From: Candidatus Marinacidobacterium sp.
Lineage (GTDB): Bacteria > Acidobacteriota > Vicinamibacteria > Marinacidobacterales > Marinacidobacteraceae
NCBI GenBank assembly: GCA_965220965.1
Contig: OZ244852.1
Span: 352,001 to 416,000, forward strand
Length of the DNA stretch: 64,000 bases
Direction of reading: 5' to 3'
Part shown: positions 47,059-55,810 of the stretch, piece after piece
How the letters are laid out: each line of letters opens with the position of its first letter
Numbering within the stretch: the stretch's first letter is position 1
Position numbers and translations under genes: made by a program
The notes under the pieces: generated by a model
The model's database searches: none
What the model was told of the DNA's origin: nothing
Seen by the model: only the letters and a program-made list of their open reading frames with translations

Positions 47059-48081
47059 TCAGCGCACGAACAGGAAGTAGTCGTGAGCCGCGCGGGCGGC
47101 CTCGGCGATCGCCCGTTCGCGGTCGGGAACCGGCAGGTCGGATTCCTTCACGAAACCGACCACCACGACGTGCCCGGCGTCAGCCGGGAGGGTCACGATC
47201 CCGACATCGTTCGTGGTCCGCCCGATGGTTCCCGTCTTGTGGGCCACAACGGTCCCTTCGGGCAGCCGGCCCCGGATCCGGCCGGCGCCGGTCTCGCACC
47301 GCTCCATGATGTCGATCAGCAGGTCGCGGCTCTCGGTCGAGAGCCCCTCCCCGTTCCAGATCTTCGCCAGCAGGTCGCCCATGCCGCGCGGGGTGGCGGT
47401 GTCCCGGACATCGTCCTCGAACTCGTCCCGGGCGCGCTCGCGAGCGCCGTCGGAGACCCGCTCGTAGTGCTCGGTGTAGGTCGCGCGGATCCGCTCTTCC
47501 CGGGGCGGCAGTCCTTCGGCGCCGACATAGTCGGTGATCAGGTCCGCGGTGTAGCGGGCCACCCGGATCCCCTCGACTCCCAGTTCGCGCATCCGCTCGG
47601 TGACCCGGTCCCCGCCGCCGGCGGCCTTCAGGCAGAGGTCGGTCGCGGAGTTGTCGCTGATCAGCAGCATGAGCTCGAGCAGGTTCAGGACGGAGAGCGA
47701 CACGCCGGGATCATCGAACAGCCGGCTCAGCACCCCGCTCCCGGGAGAGAGATCGGACGGCAGCACGTCCACCATCCGGTCCAGCGCGAACTCGCCTTCG
47801 TCCACCCGCCGCAGAAGCTCGACCGCGATCGGCACCTTGTAGGTGCTCGCCATCGGGAACGACTCGTCCGGGTGGAGGTAGGCGGTTCGCCCGGTCTCCA
47901 GGTGGATCGCGGCGAGGCCCAGACTCCCGCCCGAGAGCGGCTCGAGCCGGGCCCATTCCGCCTCGAGCCGGGGCTCGGTCCCGCCCTGGGAGAACGCGGG
48001 GGCGGCGAGGAGCAGGAATCCCGCAGCGAGCGCGGCGGGAAGCCGGGTCCCGTGCGGAAGGAGCGAGGGGCGTCGGGTCAT
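47059..48081 (-). CDS. Class A beta-lactamase-like serine enzyme
   Basis: FPMASTYK (SxxK), SDN, HKTG and a signal peptide. The omega-loop Glu appears absent (RYTADL). Confidence 0.85.
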   Translation of the reverse strand: MTRRPSLLPHGTRLPAALAAGFLLLAAPAFSQGGTEPRLEAEWARLEPLSGGSLGLAAIHLETGRTAYLHPDESFPMASTYKVPIAVELLRRVDEGEFALDRMVDVLPSDLSPGSGVLSRLFDDPGVSLSVLNLLELMLLISDNSATDLCLKAAGGGDRVTERMRELGVEGIRVARYTADLITDYVGAEGLPPREERIRATYTEHYERVSDGARERARDEFEDDVRDTATPRGMGDLLAKIWNGEGLSTESRDLLIDIMERCETGAGRIRGRLPEGTVVAHKTGTIGRTTNDVGIVTLPADAGHVVVVGFVKESDLPVPDRERAIAEAARAAHDYFLFVR

Positions 48082-48150
48082 GGGCTGGACCTCCGGGCCC
48101 GGAAGATACCAATGGCCCTCCGGTCCGCGGTTTGCTTGCAGACAGGCGGA

Positions 48151-48861
48151 ATGTTCGATCTCGCGCGCGCCAGGCGTCGCCCGCGCCCGCTCCGGCGTGC
48201 GCTCGGGGCCGTCCTTCTCCTGAGTGGGCTCGGGGGGCCCGCGTTCGCGCAGCCTCCCTCGTCGGCGGTGCTGGAGATCACCCTCGCGGATCTGGATGAC
48301 GACGCGTTCGACTTCCTGATCGGATGGAGGCGCGGGGACGGGGACATCCTGGAACTCGCGAGCCGGGGAACGGCCCGGTTCGCCGTGGTCGCGGGCGTGG
48401 AGCCCGGCCTTGTCCAGACCGGCGCGCTCGTCCGGTTCGGCGTTCGCCCGGAGGCCCTCCCCGGAACCGGGACCCGCTCCGCCAGACGGCTCCGCCGGGT
48501 CCGGAACCCGAACCACGCTTCGACGGCGCGTCCAGTCGACCGCGTGCGTCCTGGACGCCGCATCGGCTCGAGGCCGGCGGAGCGCAGCCGGGATCGCGCG
48601 CGTCCGGATGCGCCGTCGCGGTCGCCGGCGGGCTGGCGGGGAGACCCCTGGAGGCCGGGGGAGCGGGCCGGACGCCCGCGGTCGGGTGGGCCCGCGCCTG
48701 CCGCCGCGCGGTCGCCCGGCGGACGAGGGAGTGGCGCCGGCGCGCGCCCCCGCGGATCCGGACCCGGTGGACTGGCGCCCCGCTCGAGTGGCGCCGCCCG
48801 CCCGCGCGGCGCCGCGCCACGCTCGCCGTCCCGGGGCGGGGCCGCCCGTCGCCACCGGTAA
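48151..48861 (+). CDS. Hypothetical exported protein with Arg/Gly/Pro-rich low-complexity tail
   Basis: Signal peptide ending AFA-Q, about 75 aa of ordered-looking sequence, then a low-complexity region. Fills the gap between two recognisable genes. Confidence 0.45.
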   Translation: MFDLARARRRPRPLRRALGAVLLLSGLGGPAFAQPPSSAVLEITLADLDDDAFDFLIGWRRGDGDILELASRGTARFAVVAGVEPGLVQTGALVRFGVRPEALPGTGTRSARRLRRVRNPNHASTARPVDRVRPGRRIGSRPAERSRDRARPDAPSRSPAGWRGDPWRPGERAGRPRSGGPAPAAARSPGGRGSGAGARPRGSGPGGLAPRSSGAARPRGAAPRSPSRGGAARRHR

Positions 48862-48989
48862 AATCGTCCGGCTGTCCCGCCGGTTCCGCCGTTCCTTCGG
48901 ATCGGGCCCGGTTCGAGGCGGCGCCACGCGCCCTCGTCCCACCCTGCACCGGGGCGACGGCCCCCCGCGGAATGGAGGCCCCGCACCCG

Positions 48990-51900
48990 ATGCTCCGACC
49001 CACTCTCCTTCCTCTCGCCGTTCTGATCGGCGCGCTGGCGGCGCCGATGGCGCTCGCCCCCCAGGCGTCCGCCCAGCCCGATGCGGACCTGCTCTCCGCG
49101 CTGCGCTACCGCTCGGTCGGACCCACCCGCGGAGGCCGGGTCACGGCGGTGGCGGGCCATCGTTCCCAGCCCGGAACGTTCTACATGGGCGCCACCGGGG
49201 GCGGCGTCTGGAAGACCACCGACTACGGCCACAACTGGCATCCGATCTCGGACCAGGCGTTCCGCAGCCCCTCCATCGGCGCCATCGCGGTGGCGGAGAG
49301 CGACCCGGACGTGGTCTATGTCTCGACCGGTTCCGATGGGCTGCGGTCCAACGTGATCATGGGGAAGGGCGTCTACCGCTCGGACGACGCCGGCGTCACC
49401 TGGAAGAGCCTCGGCCTCGAGAACACCGGGAACACCGGGGCGCTGCTCGTCCACCCGGAGGACGCGGACACCGCGTGGCTCGCGGCGATCGGCAACCCCT
49501 TCGCGCCGAACCCGGAGCGCGGGGTGTATCGCACCCGCGACGGGGGCGCGAACTGGGAACTCGTGCTCCACGTCTCGGAGCGCACCGGCGCCACGGATCT
49601 CGAGTTCGCTCCCGATGACCCGGACACGATCTATGCCTCCATGTGGGAGGCCGAGCGGAAGCCGTGGACGATCCGCTCCGGAGGAATGGAGGGCGGCGTC
49701 CAGCGCTCCCGCAACGGCGGGGACACATGGGAGGTGCTGGAAGACGGTCTGCCCACCGGCCTCCGGGGGAAGTCGGACCTCGCGGTCTCCCCTGCGGACC
49801 CCGACCGGGTCTACGTGCTGATCGAGGCGCCGGGAACCGACGGCGGCGTCTACCGCTCCGATGACCGGGGCGACACCTGGCGTCAGGTGAGCGACTTCCA
49901 GCCGATCCGCAACCGCCCCTTCTACTACACGAACCTCCACGCCCACCCGACCGACGCGGACACCCTGTGGGGCATGGCCGAGGGCTACTGGAAGTCCACC
50001 GACGCCGGGGAAACGTGGGAGCGCAAGTTCACGCCGCACGGCGACAACCACGACCTCTGGATCAACCCGGACAGTCCGAACATCCAGATCCAGGCGAACG
50101 ATGGCGGCGCGAACGTGACGATCGATGGCGGCGAGACCTGGTCCACCCAGGAGAATCAGTCCACCGCCGAGCTCTATCAGGTCGACGTGAGCGACGACTT
50201 CCCGTATCGGCTCTATGCGGGCCAGCAGGACAACTCGACGATCTCGGTTCCGGCTTACCCGACCGAGTTCCGTCCGGGAGGCCAGACCGCGCACTGGGAG
50301 GCGATCGGCGGCTGCGAGACCGGACCGGTCGTGCCGAAGCCAGGGGATCCGGACGTGGTCTACGCGAACTGCAAGGGGCGCTTCGGGCTCTACAACGCGC
50401 GGACCGGGCAGGAGGAGCAGTACTACGTCGGGTTCTGGAACCTCTACGGACATAACCCCAGGGACCTCCAGTACCGGTTCCAGCGCACGGTTCCGATCCA
50501 CGTGTCGCCGCACTCCGCGGAGCGGGTCTTCCACGGCTCGCAATACGTCCACGTCACGGAGAACGGCGGCCGCACCTGGCGCACGATTTCGCCGGACCTG
50601 ACCGCGTTCACTCCGGAGACCCAGGTGGTCTCGGGCGATCCGATCACGCTCGATGTGACCGGGGAGGAGCACTTCGCGGTTCTCTACGACATCCAGGAGT
50701 CGCCCCACGAGGAAGGCGTCATCTGGGCCGGGGCGAATGACGGACCCATCCACGTGACCCGCGACGGCGGACGCACCTGGAGCGAGGTGACCCCGCCGGA
50801 GCTCGGGCCATACGGCCGCGTCCAGAACATCGAGGTGTCGCCGCACCGGCCCGGCAAGGCCTACGCCGCCGTCCTGCGCTACCAGCTCGGCGACTTCACT
50901 CCCCACGCGTATCGCACCGAGGACTACGGGCAGACCTGGACCCGCATGACCGACGGGACGAACGGGGTGCCGAACGACCACCCGGTGCGCGTCGTGCGCG
51001 AAGACCCGGACCGCGAGGGTCTGCTCTACCTCGGCAGCGAGTGGGGGATGTTCGTCTCGTTCGATGACGGCGCCTCCTGGACCTCCTTCCAGCAGAACCT
51101 GCCGATCACCCCGATCACCGACATCAAGATCGTCCGGAAGGACCTGGTTCTCTCCACCATGGGACGGGGTTTCTGGATCCTCGACGACCTGTCTCCGCTC
51201 CACCAGGCGGAGGCGGCCGCCGGCTCGACCTCCGGAGTCCATCTGTTCGCGCCGCGCGACGAGATCCGTTTCCGGGTCGCCGGAGGCTTCGGCGGCGGTC
51301 GGGGTCCGGTCGATCCCGAGTACCCGACGCCCGGTCCCCGGTTCACCTTCAGCCTCCCGGCGGACGCCGCGTCCGCCCGGATCGAGATCCGGGACGCCGA
51401 GGGCGAGGTCGTGCGCAGCTACGAGAGCGGCGGTCCCGGCGCCTCCAGCGAGCGGGTCCAGGCGATGCGCGCTCCCGGGTTCCGCGCCCGGGGCGACGCC
51501 TCGGTTCCGACCTCCGCCGGCGTGCATCGCTTCGCCTGGGACATGCGCCACGTCGGCGCGAAGGACGGGCGGGGGAATCCCTCGGGTCGCGGCGTCCTCG
51601 CGGCGCCCGGCCGCTACACCGTCGAGCTCACCGTGGACGGGGCGACCGTCTCGCGGGACTTCCGCCTGCGGATGGACCCTCGCGTGGTTCGCGAAGGCTG
51701 GGTCACGGCGGAGCATGTCCGGGAGCAGGTCGAGCTGGCGCTGCTGGCGCGCGATGCGCTGAGCGAGGCGAGGATGGCGGCCAGCCGGCTGGAGGCGGCG
51801 ATGGAATCCGGTTCCAGCGCAGAGCTCGAGGCGATCCATGACGACCTGGTGACCGATCCCATCCGCTACTCCCGGCCGATGCTTGCGGACCAGATCGCGT

Positions 51901-52031
51901 ATCTCGCGGGCAACCTCGACACCGCGGACCAGCCGCCTGGCCGCGATGCGGTCGAGCGCTACGAGGAGCTCCGCGGGCAGCTCGACGATGTCCTGGCGCG
52001 GCTCGCCGCCGCCGGCGTCAGCTCCGAGTGA
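48990..52031 (+). CDS. VPS10/BNR-repeat (Asp-box) beta-propeller glycosyl-hydrolase-like protein
   Basis: YRSVGPTRGGRVTAV, many S/TxDxGxTW Asp boxes, HGDNHDLWINP, TMGRGFWILDD and a signal peptide. Confidence 0.88.
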   Translation: MLRPTLLPLAVLIGALAAPMALAPQASAQPDADLLSALRYRSVGPTRGGRVTAVAGHRSQPGTFYMGATGGGVWKTTDYGHNWHPISDQAFRSPSIGAIAVAESDPDVVYVSTGSDGLRSNVIMGKGVYRSDDAGVTWKSLGLENTGNTGALLVHPEDADTAWLAAIGNPFAPNPERGVYRTRDGGANWELVLHVSERTGATDLEFAPDDPDTIYASMWEAERKPWTIRSGGMEGGVQRSRNGGDTWEVLEDGLPTGLRGKSDLAVSPADPDRVYVLIEAPGTDGGVYRSDDRGDTWRQVSDFQPIRNRPFYYTNLHAHPTDADTLWGMAEGYWKSTDAGETWERKFTPHGDNHDLWINPDSPNIQIQANDGGANVTIDGGETWSTQENQSTAELYQVDVSDDFPYRLYAGQQDNSTISVPAYPTEFRPGGQTAHWEAIGGCETGPVVPKPGDPDVVYANCKGRFGLYNARTGQEEQYYVGFWNLYGHNPRDLQYRFQRTVPIHVSPHSAERVFHGSQYVHVTENGGRTWRTISPDLTAFTPETQVVSGDPITLDVTGEEHFAVLYDIQESPHEEGVIWAGANDGPIHVTRDGGRTWSEVTPPELGPYGRVQNIEVSPHRPGKAYAAVLRYQLGDFTPHAYRTEDYGQTWTRMTDGTNGVPNDHPVRVVREDPDREGLLYLGSEWGMFVSFDDGASWTSFQQNLPITPITDIKIVRKDLVLSTMGRGFWILDDLSPLHQAEAAAGSTSGVHLFAPRDEIRFRVAGGFGGGRGPVDPEYPTPGPRFTFSLPADAASARIEIRDAEGEVVRSYESGGPGASSERVQAMRAPGFRARGDASVPTSAGVHRFAWDMRHVGAKDGRGNPSGRGVLAAPGRYTVELTVDGATVSRDFRLRMDPRVVREGWVTAEHVREQVELALLARDALSEARMAASRLEAAMESGSSAELEAIHDDLVTDPIRYSRPMLADQIAYLAGNLDTADQPPGRDAVERYEELRGQLDDVLARLAAAGVSSE

Positions 52032-52085
52032 GGCGCCCGGCGATCCCGGGGACCGTCTGGTGACGGTCCCCGCCGGGAGGGGTCG

Positions 52086-53348
52086 GTGACGATCCCGGAT
52101 CCCGGCGTCCGGATCAACGGTCCCCGGCTCGTTGAGTCCATCGCGCAGCTCGCCCAGATCGGCGCTACGCCCGAGGGGGGCGCCCAGCGGCTGGCGTTCA
52201 CCGACGCCGATCGCCGGGGGCGCGAACTGGTTCGGTCGTGGATGGAGGAAGCCGGCCTCGAGGTCCGGGTGGACGGGATCGGCAACGTCTTCGGGCGACG
52301 GGCCGGGACCGGAGCGGGCGAGCTCGCTCCGGTGATCCTGGGCTCGCACATCGACACCGTGGGGAACGGCGGCCGCTACGACGGCAACCTGGGGGTCCTC
52401 GCGGCCCTCGAGGTCGCGCGGACGCTCAACGATGCGGGCGCCTCCACGCTGCGGCCGCTGGAGGTCGCGTTCTTCTCGAACGAGGAGGGCTCCCGCTACC
52501 ACCCGGACATGATGGGGAGCTTCGTCTACATCGGGGGGATGACGCCGGAAGCGGCGCACGCGCTTCCTTCCCCTGACCAGAGTACGACGCTCGGCGAGGA
52601 ACTTGCGTCCATCGGGTTCCTTGGGGACGCTCCGCTCCCCGGCCCCGTCCCGTTCGCCTACGTGGAGCTCCACATCGAACAGGGGCCGATCCTCGAGGCG
52701 GAGAACATCCCGCTCGGCGCGGTGACCGGCGTGCAGGCGATCCTCTGGGAGGAGATCACCGTGTCCGGCGCCGCGAACCACGCGGGCACGACGCCGATGT
52801 CGTTTCGCCACGACGCCGGTCTGGCGGCCGCCGAGGCCACCGTGCTGGCCCGCCGGATCGCGGGATCGATTTCCGACCAGGTGGCCACCATCGGCCAGAT
52901 GCGCCACGAGCCGGGGCTGGTGAACGTCGTTCCGGGCCGGGTCGTGTTCTCGGTGGATCTCCGGAACCCCGATCCCGACCGGCTGGACCAGGCGGAGCGC
53001 GAGTTTTTCGCCGGCCTCGAGGAGATCACCGGGCGCGAAGGGGTCCGCTTCGGGCGCCGCGAGCTGGCGCGCTTCGCCCCCGACCGGTTCGACGAGCAGA
53101 TCATCTCCCGGGTCGAGGCCGCCGCCGAAATCCTGGATATGCCCTGCCGGCGGATTCCGTCCGGCGCGGGCCACGACGCCCAGATGCTGTCGCGGGTCTG
53201 CCCCGCCGGCATGATCTTCATCCCGTCGGTGAACGGGATCAGTCACAGCCCTCACGAATGGAGCCGCGACGAGCACATCACGGCGGGTGGAGACGCCCTG
53301 CTGCTCGTCGCTCTCTCGCTTCTGGATCAGGCCGACCTCGGCGGCTGA
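52086..53348 (+). CDS. M20 Zn amidohydrolase (N-carbamoyl-L-amino acid/allantoate amidohydrolase)
   Basis: GSHIDTV..GG.YDG, NEEGSR, ELHIEQG, HAGTTPM, SGAGHDA, SHSPHE. Confidence 0.92.
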   Translation: MTIPDPGVRINGPRLVESIAQLAQIGATPEGGAQRLAFTDADRRGRELVRSWMEEAGLEVRVDGIGNVFGRRAGTGAGELAPVILGSHIDTVGNGGRYDGNLGVLAALEVARTLNDAGASTLRPLEVAFFSNEEGSRYHPDMMGSFVYIGGMTPEAAHALPSPDQSTTLGEELASIGFLGDAPLPGPVPFAYVELHIEQGPILEAENIPLGAVTGVQAILWEEITVSGAANHAGTTPMSFRHDAGLAAAEATVLARRIAGSISDQVATIGQMRHEPGLVNVVPGRVVFSVDLRNPDPDRLDQAEREFFAGLEEITGREGVRFGRRELARFAPDRFDEQIISRVEAAAEILDMPCRRIPSGAGHDAQMLSRVCPAGMIFIPSVNGISHSPHEWSRDEHITAGGDALLLVALSLLDQADLGG

Positions 53349-53390
53349 CCGGAAGCGCGGTACCCTCCGGACGCGAACAGGAGAACAGAC

Positions 53391-53684
53391 ATGGCCAGCA
53401 AGGTGACCGTTGCGCGCGCTCTCGCCGCCAGGCTCGGTGTGAAATACAACCGGGGTCACGGCCCCGACATCCGCACCGACGACTGCACGATCAACGTGGA
53501 GACCTCGCGGACTCTCGATACGGCGTGCTCCCGCCTGAAGGGCTATCGCGGTCCGGTCTACATCGCCCTCGCCAACCCCGCCGACCTGGAAGACGCCGAG
53601 TGGTACACCAGCGGGACGACGGTCGGTCTCATGGACGCGAACGGCAAGATCCTGCAGGAATCCACCCGCCGATACTGGCCCTGA
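53391..53684 (+). CDS. Small hypothetical protein, possibly a minimal PD-(D/E)XK-like fold
   Basis: Strong RBS (AGGAG), globular composition, GPDI..TINVET. Confidence 0.7.
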   Translation: MASKVTVARALAARLGVKYNRGHGPDIRTDDCTINVETSRTLDTACSRLKGYRGPVYIALANPADLEDAEWYTSGTTVGLMDANGKILQESTRRYWP

Positions 53685-53773
53685 CGACCGGGGCGGGGGT
53701 CCCTCTTTCCCCGGGCGGCGGGTCGCCGCGGATGCGGTGACCGCCTCCTGATGATCCAACCAGAACACCGGAA

Positions 53774-55810
53774 ATGAGCAGGCGCGGCCTCTTCCTCTTC
53801 GGACCGGCCCAGGATCTCGTCCTCCTGATCGCGACGCCGGTCCTGATCCTGCCCTTCGCGTTCCTGTTCTCGGGAAGGGAGTCGGCGTACACCGTCGGTC
53901 TGCTGGTCGCGGGCTTCGGCGCGCTCGGCCACCACCTGCCCGGGATGATGCGCGCCTACGGCGATCGGGCGCTGTTCCGCCGCTTCCGGACGCGGTTCCT
54001 GCTTTCCCCGGTCGTCCTGCTCGCCGCCGCGTTCGGCTTCGCCCTGAACGGGCTCAACGGCGTCTCCCTCGTCGTGCTCGTCTGGGGGATCTGGCACGGC
54101 GCGCTCCAGGTTTACGGCTTCCTGCGCATCTACGACGCCCGGGTCGGGGCCTTCTCGCGCTGGAACGCGCGGCTCGACTTCGCGATGTGCATCGGCTGGT
54201 TCGCGCTCGGCGTGCTCCATTCCGACGGCCGGCTGGGCGAGCTCCTCGAGCTCTGGTACGCGCTGGGCGCGCCGCTGATCGCTCCCGAGGTGTTCTTCGG
54301 CTTCCGGCAGGCGTTCGACTACGCCGTCTTCGGGCTCACCGCGGTGTTCGTGTTCCGGGCCGGGCGCGACCTGCTCGCCGGACGCGGTCAGCATCCGGTG
54401 AAGCTGCTCGCCGCCGCGATGTCCTTCGGGTTCTGGTGGTGGTGTTCGGCGATGGTTCCCCACGCGGTGCTCGGGGTGGCGCTGTTCGAGGTCTTCCACG
54501 ACGTGCAGTACCTGTCCATCGTGTGGGCGTTCAACCGCCGGCGGGCGCGGGACCCGGAGGCCGGGGGCTTCACCCGCGTCGTGTTCGGCGGGGCCCGCGC
54601 GATGATCCTGGTCTACGTCGGGCTGGTCTTCGGGTACGGGCTCATCCGGTTCGTGCCCGAAGCGGTGACCTCGGCCGCGCTGCAGCAGGGGGTCTTCGCG
54701 CTGGTCGCCGCCTCCACCATGCTCCACTTCTATTTCGACGGCTTCATCTGGAAGATCCGCGAGCGCGAAACCGGCGACGCCCTGGGGATCCGGCGGGAGG
54801 GGGGAGATCCCGGCGGAGCGCAACCAACGGGCCCTCGGCGCCGGAACCCCGTCGGAGCGCTCCTGACCCCGCACTTCGGCAGGTGGGTTGCGCTCTTCGG
54901 CGTCCCGCTCGCCGTCCTGTATCTGCTGGAGACGCGGGGCTCCACTGTCCCCCTCCGGGACCGTTACGAGAACCTCACGGCGCTCGCCCCCGGGAACGCC
55001 GAGTTCCATCACAACCTCGGTTTCGCCTACCGGGAGGCCGGCGACCTCGACGCCGCCGAAGCCGGCTACCGACGCGCCCTCGAGATCGACCCGGAGTACC
55101 CCCGGGCTCACGCCAATCTCGGGATCGTCCTGCTCACCCGGGGGGCCTGGGAGCAGGCGGAGACGGCGCTGCGGCAAGCGGTGCGCCTCGACGACGGGTA
55201 CGCCGCGGCCCACCACAACCTGGCGTTCATTCACGAACGGGTGGGAGTCCGGCTGGACGCCGAGCGCCACTACCGCCGCGCCGCCGAACTCGACCCGGAA
55301 CTCGTCGAGCCCCGGCTTGGGCTCGCCCGCCTCCATCTCGCCGCCGACAACCCGACGGCGGCGGAGGAAGTGCTCGAAGGGGCGCTCGAAGTGGACCCCC
55401 GTCTCGCCGAAGCGCACCGGAATCTGGGGCTGATCCGCGCCGGACGCGGTGACTACGAGGCTGCGCTCCGTCATCTCGAGGCGTCGCTCGAGCAGGTTCC
55501 CGACGACGGCCCCTCGCTGGAGACCGCCGCCTGGATCCTCGCGGTGTCTCCCGGGCTCCGGGATCCGGAGCGGGCGGTGCGCTACGCCTCCGCCGCCTCC
55601 GAACTCGCCGGGCACCTCAACCCTTCGGCGGCGGACACCCTCGGCGCGGCGCTCGCCGCCGCCGGGGACTTCGAGGCGGCGCTGGTCGCGGCGCGAACCG
55701 CCGAGGCGCTGGCGCACGACGCGGGGAACGAAGACCTGGCCGAAGCGATCGCCTCCCGGATCCGGCTCTACGAGTCGGGGATGGCGGTCACCGTGGCGCC
55801 GGGCCAATGA
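53774..55810 (+). CDS. Polytopic membrane protein with conserved-looking His motifs fused to C-terminal TPR repeats
   Basis: About 9-10 hydrophobic segments with GHH, WH..QVYG, FHDVQY and HFYFDGFIWK. TPR motifs HHNLG, HANLG, HHNLA, HRNLG. Confidence 0.85.
   Translation: MSRRGLFLFGPAQDLVLLIATPVLILPFAFLFSGRESAYTVGLLVAGFGALGHHLPGMMRAYGDRALFRRFRTRFLLSPVVLLAAAFGFALNGLNGVSLVVLVWGIWHGALQVYGFLRIYDARVGAFSRWNARLDFAMCIGWFALGVLHSDGRLGELLELWYALGAPLIAPEVFFGFRQAFDYAVFGLTAVFVFRAGRDLLAGRGQHPVKLLAAAMSFGFWWWCSAMVPHAVLGVALFEVFHDVQYLSIVWAFNRRRARDPEAGGFTRVVFGGARAMILVYVGLVFGYGLIRFVPEAVTSAALQQGVFALVAASTMLHFYFDGFIWKIRERETGDALGIRREGGDPGGAQPTGPRRRNPVGALLTPHFGRWVALFGVPLAVLYLLETRGSTVPLRDRYENLTALAPGNAEFHHNLGFAYREAGDLDAAEAGYRRALEIDPEYPRAHANLGIVLLTRGAWEQAETALRQAVRLDDGYAAAHHNLAFIHERVGVRLDAERHYRRAAELDPELVEPRLGLARLHLAADNPTAAEEVLEGALEVDPRLAEAHRNLGLIRAGRGDYEAALRHLEASLEQVPDDGPSLETAAWILAVSPGLRDPERAVRYASAASELAGHLNPSAADTLGAALAAAGDFEAALVAARTAEALAHDAGNEDLAEAIASRIRLYESGMAVTVAPGQ

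Noticed and set aside
48078-53768. Very long antisense ORFs (1896 aa here; also 24-1820, 3671-6619, 22723-25566 and 58395-61070)
   Set aside because: They are mirror frames of recognisable genes on the other strand. High-GC codon usage removes stops, and the translations have no motifs.
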